DNA from: Chloroflexota bacterium
GTDB lineage: Bacteria > Chloroflexota > Dehalococcoidia > Lucifugimonadales > UBA3495
NCBI GenBank assembly: GCA_027623675.1
Contig: JAQBVF010000015.1
Location: 1 to 64,000, forward strand
Direction of reading: 5' to 3'
DNA length: 64,000 nt
In this document: positions 40,041-49,427 of the stretch, in pieces
Layout: every line of letters begins with the position of its first letter
How positions within the stretch are numbered: position 1 is the stretch's first letter
Notes under the pieces: model-generated
What the model was told of the DNA's origin: nothing
Database searches by the model: none
What the model saw: only the letters and a program-made list of their open reading frames with translations
Program-made: the position numbers and the translations under genes

Positions 40041-40508
40041 ATGAGCGCCAAACCCAGGGTTGAAAAGCCGGTTTCTGCCGGCGGGGTCGTTTATCAGCGG
40101 GTCGGCGGGGTATTGGAAACGGTGCTCTGTGGCCGCAGCCAACCGGTACGCTGGAGTCTGGCCAAGGGCACTCCCGACGCTGGAGAGACGCTGAAACAGA
40201 CCGCACTTCGAGAGGTCCGCGAGGAAACCGGACTGGAAGTCGAGATTGAAGGGTCGTTGGGCAGTATCGATTACTGGTTCGCCGACCGCAGTCAGGACGT
40301 CCGGTACCACAAGACGGTGCACTTCTATCTGATGGCTTCGGTGGGCGGAGACACCGACCAGCATGACCCTGAATTTGATATAGTCCAGTGGTTCGAAGCA
40401 GAAGAAGCTTTGAAAGCCTTGGCCTACGCCAACGAGGTGAGTGTCCTGCAACGGGCGCTGACCTTGATCGCCGATAGAGAAGGCGCCGGGCCAAAGGAGA
40501 AAGCCTAA
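40041..40508 (+). CDS. Nudix hydrolase
   Basis: SAGGVV, LAKG...GE....ALREVREETG, HKTVHFYLM. Confidence 0.88.
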   Translation: MSAKPRVEKPVSAGGVVYQRVGGVLETVLCGRSQPVRWSLAKGTPDAGETLKQTALREVREETGLEVEIEGSLGSIDYWFADRSQDVRYHKTVHFYLMASVGGDTDQHDPEFDIVQWFEAEEALKALAYANEVSVLQRALTLIADREGAGPKEKA

Positions 40509-40511
40509 GCG

Positions 40512-41129
40512 ATGACCGAGTTAAGGGGCGCGAGAATCATCTTGCGCGATAAGCAATTCACCGACGCCGAGAATGACTACCGGTGGCGCAGCGACCCCGA
40601 GTTGGCCCGCTTGGATGCCGCCATCCCACTTACCATGTCATTCGAGCGCTACCTGAAGCTGTTTGAAGACCAGTTGAAGTACCCCACACCCGGCTCCCAC
40701 CATTACTCCATTGAGACCCTGGACCAGCGGTTCATTGGCAACTGCATGTATTACGACCTGGATACCGTTAACCGGGAAGCGGAACTGGGCATCGTCATCG
40801 GCGACCGGGATTATTGGAGTGACGGCTACGGGTACGATGCGGTGACGACACTGTTGGACCACCTGTTCACCACCCGTGAGTTGAAGCGGGTCTACCTGCA
40901 CACGCTGGAGTGGAACAAGCGCGCCCAACGTAGTTTCTCCAAGAGCGGGTTCGAACCGCTCAAGCCCATCCGGAGGATGGCGCACGATTTCCTGTTGATG
41001 GAAGTATTGCGGGACGATTGGTTCGCCAAGGCCGAAGAACGCTTGGCCGCCCGGTTCAAAGACTCGGATGCGGACCAAGAAGACGCGGGCGCCTCAACCG
41101 AGCCGTCCAGGCAGACCACCGCCGACTAG
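40512..41129 (+). CDS. GNAT N-acetyltransferase (RimJ/RimL-like)
   Basis: FIGNC, AELGIVIGDRDYWSDGYG, N.RA.R.F.K.GF. Confidence 0.85.
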   Translation: MTELRGARIILRDKQFTDAENDYRWRSDPELARLDAAIPLTMSFERYLKLFEDQLKYPTPGSHHYSIETLDQRFIGNCMYYDLDTVNREAELGIVIGDRDYWSDGYGYDAVTTLLDHLFTTRELKRVYLHTLEWNKRAQRSFSKSGFEPLKPIRRMAHDFLLMEVLRDDWFAKAEERLAARFKDSDADQEDAGASTEPSRQTTAD

Positions 41130-41842
41130 GCTACGGCAGCCACCGCCTCAGCCAGATCGACCGCCCCGGTGTACAGCGCCCGGCCCACAATCACTCCCTC
41201 AGCCCCGGTCGGCGCCAACTCTTTGATGTGCGCCACGGACGCTACACCGCCCGACGCCAACACCGCCAGGCCTGTTTCCCGGACTAATCGGGCGTTGGTC
41301 AGATAGTCGGGTCCGGTCAGAGCGCCGTCTCGGGATATGTCGGTATAAAGCAGCCGGACAACGCCTATCTGGCCCATCCGGTGGGCCAGTTCAAGCACGG
41401 TCACCGTGCTGGCCTCGGTCCAGCCCTGCAGCGCCACCAGGCCGTCTTTGGCGTCGATCGACACCACCACCCGCTCGCCGCCGTGCTTTCGGCAGGCTTC
41501 TTGGACCATGTCCGGATCGCGCACCGCCGCCGTGCCGATCACCACCCGGTCAGCGCCGGCATCCAGCCAGGCTTCCGCCGCGGCCAGATCGCGTATGCCT
41601 CCGCCCACCTGAACCGGTATATCCAGGGCTTTCACGATGGCCGAGATCACTTCAAGATGGGCCGGCCGTCCCTGTACCGCGCCGTCAAGGTCAACCAGAT
41701 GCAGCCGGTGGCCACCCTGCTCCTGCCAGGACAGGGCCATGGCCAGCGGGTCATCGGAGAAGACCGTCTCCTGATTGAAGTCGCCCTGAAACAGGCGCAC
41801 GCAGCGGCCGTCTTTCAGGTCAATGGCGGGGATGATTTCCAT
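41126..41842 (-). CDS. hisA: ProFAR isomerase HisA
   Basis: [44 protein letters not shown]. Confidence 0.96.
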   Translation of the reverse strand: MEIIPAIDLKDGRCVRLFQGDFNQETVFSDDPLAMALSWQEQGGHRLHLVDLDGAVQGRPAHLEVISAIVKALDIPVQVGGGIRDLAAAEAWLDAGADRVVIGTAAVRDPDMVQEACRKHGGERVVVSIDAKDGLVALQGWTEASTVTVLELAHRMGQIGVVRLLYTDISRDGALTGPDYLTNARLVRETGLAVLASGGVASVAHIKELAPTGAEGVIVGRALYTGAVDLAEAVAAVA

Positions 41843-41889
41843 GGTTGATTCCTGTTCCGGGCGGGATTCGGGCCGGCGCGCGGCCGTTG

Positions 41890-42495
41890 CTAAGACGCCA
41901 AGCCGATAAAATTCTTATAGAGCCGCAGTCCGGCCGGGCCGCTCTTCTCCGGATGAAATTGGGTGGCGATCAGATTGTCCCTGGCGTAGATGCTGCAGAA
42001 GGGTATCCCGTACTCGGTGGTGCCGGCGACGCTGGCCGGGTCGTTGGGCGCGGCGTAGTAGCTGTGGACGAAGTAGAAGTAGCTGTCCTGGGGGATCCCC
42101 GCCAGGACCGGGTGCTTTTTATTGAACTTGACGTTATTCCAGCCCATGTGGGGTACCTTCTGTCCCGGGGGCAACAGCTTGGCGTCGCCTTGTACCACTC
42201 CCAGACAGGGCTTGTCGCCCTCTTCGGTCCGGTCCATCAGCAGTTGCAGGCCCAGGCAGACGCCCAAGAAGGGGCGGCCGGAGGCGATGTAGTCCCGGAT
42301 GGGGCCAACCAGACCGCGCTGGTCCAGGGCAGCCATGGCCGCCGGTCCCGAGCCAACACCCGGCAGCACCACGGCGTCGGCGGCGGCCAAGTCCGCCAGG
42401 CCGCTGGAGACCAATGGCGTTACGCCTTGGGACTCCAAGGCCCGCGAGACGCTACGCAGGTTGCCCGATTCGTAATCAATGACCACCAGTTTCAT
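41890..42495 (-). CDS. hisH: Imidazole glycerol phosphate synthase glutaminase subunit
   Basis: IDYESGNL, LPGVG, GVCLGLQ, PHMGWN, YFVHSY, QFHPEKSG. Confidence 0.96.
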   Translation of the reverse strand: MKLVVIDYESGNLRSVSRALESQGVTPLVSSGLADLAAADAVVLPGVGSGPAAMAALDQRGLVGPIRDYIASGRPFLGVCLGLQLLMDRTEEGDKPCLGVVQGDAKLLPPGQKVPHMGWNNVKFNKKHPVLAGIPQDSYFYFVHSYYAAPNDPASVAGTTEYGIPFCSIYARDNLIATQFHPEKSGPAGLRLYKNFIGLAS

Positions 42496-42566
42496 ATAAC
42501 CCTAGTCTCGGTATTCTTGAAGTGTTCTACCTTTAGCCCCAGCCCTAGATCGCTTGAAACACGGAC

Positions 42567-42668
42567 CCGCTCATGGTGAGATGCTGTCGAACCGCCATCA
42601 CGCCTGAACCAAGCCCCACCGTCCAGAACCACGACTAAACATGGCCCTTCAACAGACCCGGGGACAGC
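42567..42668. repeat. Degenerate REP-like palindromic element (copy 2)
   Basis: CCGCTCATGGTGAGATGCTGTCGAACC ... CCCTTCAACAGACCCGGGGACAGC; left arm closely matches 14000-14024. Confidence 0.6.
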
Positions 42669-42704
42669 AGAACCGTCACCCGGCCGATGCCTGCTTGGAG
42701 AAGG

Positions 42705-43307
42705 TTAGGACTGCCCCGTGGCCCGCTCGAAGGGCAGTTCCCGGTCCTCATACCGGGCCAGGACGAATAGCAGGTCGCCCAGCCGGTTCAGGTAGGTCAT
42801 GATCAGGCCATTGGTCAGCAGGTCCTGTTCGGCCATTGCCACCACCCGTCGCTCGGCGGTGCGGATCACGCAGCGGGCCAGGTCGATCGCCGCCGACGCC
42901 GGGGAGCCGCCGGGCAGGATGAACACCTTGGGCATCTCGAATTCCAGCTCCAAGGAGTCGATGGCCTTTTCCAGGTTGGTCACCATGTCAGCGGTGACCG
43001 GCTGGAAATGCTGCTTGAACAGCTCGTATTTATCGGGGTCGGTGGCCAATTCGGCGGCGATGGTGAACAGCTCTCTTTGCAGATCGCGGAGCAGGTCGTT
43101 CACCCGCTCGTTGCTCGTCATGGCGCGCGCCAACCCCATCGCCGACACTGCCTCATCGGTGATGCCGTAGGCCTCGGTGTTCGGGCTGTTCTTGGAGATT
43201 CGCCCGCCGTAGAGCAGGCTGGTCTCGCCGGCGTCGCCGAATTTGGTATAGACCTTTTTCCTGTAGTCGCCTGAAGTTTCTGATGTTGAAGAAGACACGC
43301 GCGGCAC
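42705..43307 (-). CDS. pduO: ATP:cob(I)alamin adenosyltransferase, PduO type
   Basis: KVYTKFGDAGETSL, EAYG..DE, FILPGG, AR...R.AER, YLNRL.DLLFVLAR. Confidence 0.9.
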   Translation of the reverse strand: MPRVSSSTSETSGDYRKKVYTKFGDAGETSLLYGGRISKNSPNTEAYGITDEAVSAMGLARAMTSNERVNDLLRDLQRELFTIAAELATDPDKYELFKQHFQPVTADMVTNLEKAIDSLELEFEMPKVFILPGGSPASAAIDLARCVIRTAERRVVAMAEQDLLTNGLIMTYLNRLGDLLFVLARYEDRELPFERATGQS

Positions 43308-43493
43308 CTTCGAAGTAACGGTTTATGGAAGCTGCCAACGCCCAATATCCAGGCACGGATCGGCCCAGGAGGCGAGGCTGTCGGCAAGTCAGATTGTAGC
43401 ATAGGGGTTTATCTCATGACACTAGGTAATTGACCGGCCCTATGGAGGCGGTTGGTAAAATTTGAAACAACAAAATAGGAATTTGTAGGTGAG

Positions 43494-43832
43494 GTGTGCG
43501 TCGTGGTTGCTACCGAAGTTCGGGAGATTTACTGGCCAGGAAAGTCAGGGCAGAAGTATAAATATCGGATTTATCCGATTGGCCAATCGTTTAAAGGCCA
43601 GCCAGGGAACTACATCTTCGCGAAGGAAACCAAGCCAGGCAGATTCGCGCCGATATATATTGGCGAAACAGGTGACTTGAGTGACCGGTTCGACAACCAT
43701 CACAAAATGCTTTGTATTCAAAAGCAGGGAGCCACTCATATTCACGTTCATGGGAGCAGCGCGAACAGAAATGCGAGGCTCGCCGAGGAGTCCGACTTGA
43801 ATGATCGATGGAATCCGATATGTAAAGGCTGA
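43494..43832 (+). CDS. Small stand-alone GIY-YIG nuclease-like protein
   Basis: GNYIF...IYIGET.DL..RF..H, conserved Glu in AEESDL; AT-richer than neighbours; start may be GTG 43503. Confidence 0.65.
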   Translation: MCVVVATEVREIYWPGKSGQKYKYRIYPIGQSFKGQPGNYIFAKETKPGRFAPIYIGETGDLSDRFDNHHKMLCIQKQGATHIHVHGSSANRNARLAEESDLNDRWNPICKG

Positions 43833-43899
43833 TTAGTGAGCCAAATATTTCGTCCGCAGCCTGTATACTAACCACCACTCCAGTAGAGGTGCTGAATTT

Positions 43900-44658
43900 A
43901 TGCCGCCGGAAGTGCGCGTTATCGGTGTTGAGGGCATGCCCGAGTTCAAGGACGGCGATGATCTGGCCGGCGCGATCATCGACGCCGCCCTGGCCCAGGG
44001 AACGGGCATCGAGTCAGGGGACGTCTTGATCGTGACCCAGAAGGTGGTCTCCAAGGTCGAAGGCAAAGTGGTCAAGCTCAGCGACGTCGAGGCTTCTCCC
44101 CTGGCCATCTCGATCACCGAGGGACACCGGCGCGACCCGCGGCACACCGAGTGGGTCCTCCGCGAGTCCAAGCGCATCGTGCGCATGGACCGGGGGGTGA
44201 TAATCTCCGAGACCAAGCACGGCTTCTACTGTGCCAACGCCGGCATCGACGCCTCCAACATCCCCGGCAATGACACCCTGGCCCTGCTGCCCGACGACTC
44301 CGACGCCTCAGCCCGGGGCATCCGGCAGGCGGTGAAGGACCGGCTGGGCGTGGTCGTGGCGGTGATCGTTTCCGACACCTTTGGCCGTCCCTGGCGCAAC
44401 GCCGCCGCCGACGTGGCCATCGGCATCGCCGGCATGGACCCGGTGCACAGTTACGTAGGCCAGATGGACAGCCACGGGCACGAGATGTTCACCACCGAGA
44501 TCGCCGTGGCCGACGAGCTAGCCGCTGCGGGGGAGTTGGTCGGCGGCAAGGTGGCCGGGGTGCCCGTCAGCATCATCCGGGGCTACGACTACACCCCCAT
44601 GGAGGATGCCAGCATCCAGCGAATCATACGCGGGTCGGACAAGGACCTGTTCCGCTAG
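43900..44658 (+). CDS. cofE: F420-0:L-glutamate ligase CofE
   Basis: GDDL, TQKVVSKVEG, CANAGIDASN, SDTFGRPWR, A.ADELAAA. Confidence 0.94.
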   Translation: MPPEVRVIGVEGMPEFKDGDDLAGAIIDAALAQGTGIESGDVLIVTQKVVSKVEGKVVKLSDVEASPLAISITEGHRRDPRHTEWVLRESKRIVRMDRGVIISETKHGFYCANAGIDASNIPGNDTLALLPDDSDASARGIRQAVKDRLGVVVAVIVSDTFGRPWRNAAADVAIGIAGMDPVHSYVGQMDSHGHEMFTTEIAVADELAAAGELVGGKVAGVPVSIIRGYDYTPMEDASIQRIIRGSDKDLFR

Positions 44659-44685
44659 GTTGGCGTATTGGCTGGTGGCAAGCGG

Positions 44686-44711
44686 TCCTCCGACAGGCTA
44701 AGGACGAGCGG
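44686..44711. repeat. Solo right arm of the REP-like family (copy 3)
   Basis: TCCTCCGACAGGCTAAGGACGAGCGG. Confidence 0.55.
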
Positions 44712-44780
44712 GATTGCTGCGAAACTGGGGGCCGCTTGTGGTGAAGGTTGGCTAGTCTTCGGTGATTCCCTAAGAAGCGC

Positions 44781-45902
44781 TTAGTTTTCAGCCATTCTCT
44801 CGGCAGAAACGTCCCCATCGCTGAACAGGGGGAGCTGCCGGACCTGCTGGGAGTTTTCTTCCCCGTATTCCAAGTCATCGCCAAAGTTGGTTACGCCGAC
44901 GCCGAGGAGCCGGAAGGTTCGGCCGGGCGCCAGTTCGGCGGACAGCAACGACCAGGCCGTCTCTTTGATCGGTTCTTCCGCGTTGGTGTGAAAGGGCAGG
45001 GTGGACTGGCGGGTGAAGGTGGTAAAGTCAGACAGTCGCAGCTTCACCGTCACCGTGCGCCCCTTTAGACCGTTGCGCTCCAACTGATGGGCCACGCTGA
45101 CGGCCTGGCGTTCCACCACGCTCTTTAACTCGGTCTCGCTGCCCAGGTCGCTGGCGAAGGTGGTCTCCGAGGACAGCGACTTGGCGGCGCGCTCGGTCTG
45201 GACCGGCTCGTCGTCGCGGCCCAGGGCTTTGTCCCGCACACCGGCCGACCGCACGCCAAAAACCTTGGCGAACCACTCCAGAGGTTGGGCCGCCAGCTGT
45301 CCGATGGTCTCGATGCCGTCGCGCCGAAGCCGTTCCGCGGTCTTGGGTCCGATGCCCCACAGCTTGTTCACCGCCAGCGGGGCCAGAAACTCAGCTTCGT
45401 CCCCCGGCTGGACCACCACCAGGCCGTCGGGCTTGTCCAGGTCGGACCCGATCTTGGCTACCGACTTGCAGGTCCCCACACCCACCGACAGGACCAGTCC
45501 GGTCTCTTCCACCACTCTTTGTTTGAGGTCCAGGGCCACGGCCAGGGGTTTTTTGCCGGCTTCGACCACGGCGGTGATGTCCAAGTAGGCCTCGTCCAGA
45601 GATAGGGGTTCAACCAGGTCCGTTAGGTCTCGAAAGATCTGCTGTACCTGGCGTGACATCTCCCGGTAGCGGGTGAATCTTGGCGAGACGATGATCCCTT
45701 GGGGACAGCGGTGCACGGCAGTCCTCATGGGCATGGCCGAATGCACGCCGAACTGTCTGGCTTCGTAGGAAGCCGTGGCGACCACTCCCCGGTTCTCCGG
45801 CTTTCCGCCGACCAGGACCGGCTTGCCGGCCAACTCGGGGTTGTCCAGCTGCTCCACGGTGGCGTAGAACGCGTCCAGGTCGGCGTGAATGATGTGCCGC
45901 AC
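44781..45902 (-). CDS. dinB: DNA polymerase IV (Y family)
   Basis: HADLDAFYA.VE, ASYEAR.FGV.SAM, LSLDEAYLD, AKIGSD..KPDG, LWGIG; GTG start at 45902. Confidence 0.95.
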   Translation of the reverse strand: MRHIIHADLDAFYATVEQLDNPELAGKPVLVGGKPENRGVVATASYEARQFGVHSAMPMRTAVHRCPQGIIVSPRFTRYREMSRQVQQIFRDLTDLVEPLSLDEAYLDITAVVEAGKKPLAVALDLKQRVVEETGLVLSVGVGTCKSVAKIGSDLDKPDGLVVVQPGDEAEFLAPLAVNKLWGIGPKTAERLRRDGIETIGQLAAQPLEWFAKVFGVRSAGVRDKALGRDDEPVQTERAAKSLSSETTFASDLGSETELKSVVERQAVSVAHQLERNGLKGRTVTVKLRLSDFTTFTRQSTLPFHTNAEEPIKETAWSLLSAELAPGRTFRLLGVGVTNFGDDLEYGEENSQQVRQLPLFSDGDVSAERMAEN

Positions 45903-46092
45903 GGCCGGTTCCTCGTATTCCCGATTTCCCGAAACTGGGCCCAGGCCAAAGGCAGGATACTCTATTTTACTGCGCCCAGCTCCGCCGGTCAGCCGACGGT
46001 TTTCAGAATGACGATTTAGGCCACGCAAGATTAATACGGGGCTCTCACAGTAATCTGTAGCTCCCCGCCAAGCGATGGGGTTACCGTGTCCA

Positions 46093-46164
46093 TTGACATC
46101 CTAGTTTGGCGCGTGTATAAACGATCAATCGTTCGCGGATAAAAAACGAATCATCGTTTTTTAT
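46093..46164 (+). promoter_or_regulatory. Promoter plus two palindromic operators of the tetR-mmpL unit
   Basis: TTGACA-17-TATAAA; AACGAT-CA-ATCGTT (46120-46133) and ATAAAAAACGA-ATCA-TCGTTTTTTAT (46139-46164). Confidence 0.75.
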
Positions 46165-46173
46165 AGGTGCCTG

Positions 46174-46809
46174 ATGCCAAAAGTAAGCGATGCCCACATC
46201 GAAGCCCGCCGCCAACAGATATTGGAGGCGGCACAGGCGTGCTTCGCGCGCCAGGGATTCCATCAGACCAGCATCCAAGACATCTGCCGGGAGGCCAAAC
46301 TCAGCCCCGGCGCGGTGTACAAGTACTTTCCCAGCAAGGGACACATCATCGCCGCCTCTTGTTTGGGCTGCCAGGAAGGCATAGCCGACTTCATCAGCGG
46401 GGTCATGTCCCAGGGCAGTACCCCGCTAGAGGCATTGGATTCCATATTGGAACACGGCTTGGCCATGCTGGAAGGCGAGGAGCACCGTGAACCGACCATG
46501 ATGAACATTCAGGTGTGGTCGGAAGCGGTGCGCAGCGCCGAGGTCAGAAAAGCCTTAATGGAAGTGACGTTCAACACTTTGGGGAAGGCGTTCACGGAGA
46601 TCTTTCGGCAGGCGCAAGAACGAGGCGAGGTCGATGCCCATCTCGACCCGGAGGCTTTGGGCATCACGGTGATGGGCATGTTTCACGGTCTGGTGCTCCA
46701 CCGAACATTGGACCCACAGATCGACACAGCCGCCTGCGGGAAGGCTATGCGGGCTTTGTATCAAGGCACGGTCCGGACCGAATCGGGCGTTGATATCACC
46801 GCCATTTAA
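46174..46809 (+). CDS. TetR/AcrR family regulator
   Basis: RRQQILEAA..CF...GF..TS..DI..EA.LS.GAVY.YF.SK HTH. Confidence 0.93.
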   Translation: MPKVSDAHIEARRQQILEAAQACFARQGFHQTSIQDICREAKLSPGAVYKYFPSKGHIIAASCLGCQEGIADFISGVMSQGSTPLEALDSILEHGLAMLEGEEHREPTMMNIQVWSEAVRSAEVRKALMEVTFNTLGKAFTEIFRQAQERGEVDAHLDPEALGITVMGMFHGLVLHRTLDPQIDTAACGKAMRALYQGTVRTESGVDITAI

Positions 46810-46847
46810 TCAGACTGGGCAACGGGTATTTTGGAGGAGTCGGAACG

Positions 46848-49235
46848 ATGGCACTTAATCTCTCGACGGAGCACTTGGCGCGGGCGAGCGCTCGCCACCC
46901 ATGGCGGGTGATCGGCATCTGGCTGATCATCATCGTCGCCTCTATGGTGATGGTCAGCGGTTTCCTGCAAGACGGGTTGACTACCAAGTTCGTCTTTGTC
47001 AACGACGCCGAGGTCAAAGTAGGGATCGACATCTTGGAAGCCGAGATTCGAGGACCCACCGGCACCAACGAAGTCGTCGTATTCGATTCGACCAAGTATA
47101 CGGTCGACGACCCGGAATACCAGCACGCGGTCGAATCGCTGACCGCCGATATCGGGGCGTTGGGTCCAGACAAAGTCCGCCTGGAAACACTGGGTAATTT
47201 CTACAACACCGGAGTGCCTGCCCTGGTGTCCGACGACCGGGCCACCACCCTGATCACCTTTGTGATGGCTGGTGACTTCGACCAGAACTCCAAGAACATC
47301 GAATCAGTGGTGGACGTCGTTCATGAAGCAGCGGCCGCCGAAAAAGATGCGTTCGACATCAAGATAACCGGCCAGGCCACCATCGGCCTGGACAACCGGG
47401 AGATAGGCCAGAGGGACCTGGAAAAGGGTGAATCATTCGGCGTGCCCATCGCTTTGATCATCTTGATGGTGGTGCTGGGCGCCCTGGCGATCGCGGCCGT
47501 GCCCTTGGTGATGGCAATAGTATCGATCGCCTTAGCCCTGGGAATCTCGGCCGCGGTGGGCACCTTCTTCGAGTTGGCATTCTTCGTGACCAACATCATC
47601 ACGATGATTGGGCTGGCCGTGGGTATCGACTACTCATTGTTCGTCCAGTCTCGCTACCGGGAGGAACGCAGCCTAGGCGCAGAAAGGATAGATGCCGTCG
47701 CCCGCGCCGGGGCCACCGCGGGCCGGGCCGTCGTCTTCAGCGGAATGACCGTGGTGCTGGCCTTGGTCGGCATGTTGCTCATCCCGTTCAACATCTTCAT
47801 ATCCATAGGTTTAGGCGCCATCTTCGTGGTGTTGGCCGCCATGTTGGCCTCAATGACTCTGCTCCCTTCGATGCTGATGCTCTTCGACCGGCTATCGAGT
47901 TGGTATCTCAGGCAGACCACGGGACAAGGCCTGTGGAGATCGATCGTACTGGCCGTCTCCATAGTATTCTTCGGCGGGCCGTACTTGCTGTCCTTGGTTT
48001 ATCGTCTATTGGTCCGGAGGCAGCTGGGAAACCTGAACTTCTTCATCTGGATGTCAAAGATCGGCATCGGAAGCTTCGACACGGCGCCCACCTATTTCGA
48101 GAGCAAGGGCTTCTGGGATAAGTGGGTCCGCACCGTGATGGCCTGGCCGGTGGTTAGTCTGATCGTCACCAGCGGGCTGCTGATCGCGGCCATCGTGCCC
48201 TTCTTCAGTATCAACACCGGGTTCGCGGGCATATCCACGTTCCCGGATGAACTGGAATCCAAGCAGGCGTTCCTGACCATGGACGAAAAGTTCTCCTTCG
48301 GCGAGGTGACGCCGGCTGAGGTCGTGATTGTGGCCGACGACGTCCGGGCCCCCGCCGTCCAAGCGGGGATCGCGCGCCTCATCGAATTGTTGGCGGCGGA
48401 CGACGCGTTCAGCGCACCTCGCGAACTGATTATCTCTGACAGCGGTACGGTTGCGTTGTTAGCGGTCCCGGTGGCGGGCGACACCTCCGGGGAACAGTCC
48501 ATCGGGGCCGTCACCCGGCTGGACGACATCTACGTGGAAGAGGCGTTCGCCGGCACCGGCGCCAAGATCTACGTCACCGGGGAGACTGCTTTCAACAGAG
48601 AGTTCTTCAATGTATCGTCGAACTCGGCGAAGATCGTGTTCCCCTTCGTTTTGGGCGTCAGTTTCCTGCTGTTGCTGGTGGTGTTCCGGTCGATCGTGCT
48701 TCCGATCAAAGCCATCATCCTCAACCTGATGGCGGTTGGCGCGGCCTACGGCATATTGGTTCTGGTGTTCCAGAAAGGGTTCTTGGCCGGCACCTTCGGA
48801 TTTCAAGAATCGTCGACCATCGAATCATGGATACCGTTATTCCTGTTCAGCATCCTATTCGGGTTGTCCATGGACTACCACGTATTCCTGCTGTCCCGGA
48901 TCCGGGAGCGGTACGACGAGACCCTCGATAACGTCGACGCCGTGGCGTTCGGCATCCGTTCCACCGGCCGGTTGATCACCGGTGCGGCCCTCATCATGGT
49001 TGCCGTATTCTGGGGCTTCGCCACCGGGTCTTTGGTGGGTATGCAGCAGATGGGCTTCGGCCTTGGGATGGCGATTCTGGTGGACGCCACCATCGTCCGG
49101 ACCGTGATGGTGCCCGCCTCGATGAAGATTCTGGGCAAGTGGAATTGGTACCTACCCTCCTGGCTGGAGTGGGTGCCCAACGTGCGGTTTGAGCCGACAG
49201 CCCCGGCGCAGGTCGCGGCCCACGCGGACGACTAA
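46848..49235 (+). CDS. MMPL family (RND superfamily) transporter
   Basis: GLAVGIDYSLF..SRYREE, GRAVVFSG.TV, LFGLSMDYHVFLLSRIRE, TGRLITGAALIM, DAT.VR...VPA. Confidence 0.92.
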   Translation: MALNLSTEHLARASARHPWRVIGIWLIIIVASMVMVSGFLQDGLTTKFVFVNDAEVKVGIDILEAEIRGPTGTNEVVVFDSTKYTVDDPEYQHAVESLTADIGALGPDKVRLETLGNFYNTGVPALVSDDRATTLITFVMAGDFDQNSKNIESVVDVVHEAAAAEKDAFDIKITGQATIGLDNREIGQRDLEKGESFGVPIALIILMVVLGALAIAAVPLVMAIVSIALALGISAAVGTFFELAFFVTNIITMIGLAVGIDYSLFVQSRYREERSLGAERIDAVARAGATAGRAVVFSGMTVVLALVGMLLIPFNIFISIGLGAIFVVLAAMLASMTLLPSMLMLFDRLSSWYLRQTTGQGLWRSIVLAVSIVFFGGPYLLSLVYRLLVRRQLGNLNFFIWMSKIGIGSFDTAPTYFESKGFWDKWVRTVMAWPVVSLIVTSGLLIAAIVPFFSINTGFAGISTFPDELESKQAFLTMDEKFSFGEVTPAEVVIVADDVRAPAVQAGIARLIELLAADDAFSAPRELIISDSGTVALLAVPVAGDTSGEQSIGAVTRLDDIYVEEAFAGTGAKIYVTGETAFNREFFNVSSNSAKIVFPFVLGVSFLLLLVVFRSIVLPIKAIILNLMAVGAAYGILVLVFQKGFLAGTFGFQESSTIESWIPLFLFSILFGLSMDYHVFLLSRIRERYDETLDNVDAVAFGIRSTGRLITGAALIMVAVFWGFATGSLVGMQQMGFGLGMAILVDATIVRTVMVPASMKILGKWNWYLPSWLEWVPNVRFEPTAPAQVAAHADD

Positions 49236-49258
49236 GGTCAGCGGAATTTCTAGCAATC

Positions 49259-49288
49259 AAAGGGGCGGACCCCAGTCCGCCCCTTTTT
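49259..49288 (+). terminator. Intrinsic terminator after mmpL
   Basis: AAAGGGGCGGAC-CCCA-GTCCGCCCCTTTTT. Confidence 0.85.
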
Positions 49289-49427
49289 GCATCTTCCGGT
49301 TATGGCCCAATCTACATGCCGCAACCTGCATGGCGCAACCTGGCGGCAAACGGTACAATACGCCTCGATCGATAAGCCCTTCGCGGCGAACGCCGGCTGT
49401 GGCGAACCGCGGATATGTGGAGGCCAG

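Noticed and set aside
43308..43490. Cobalamin riboswitch near pduO (also TPP and SAM riboswitches near oppA and metF)
   Set aside because: Conserved core motifs are absent.
45903..46090. LexA box upstream of dinB
   Set aside because: No GAAC-N4-GTTC or CTGT-N8-ACAG match found by eye.
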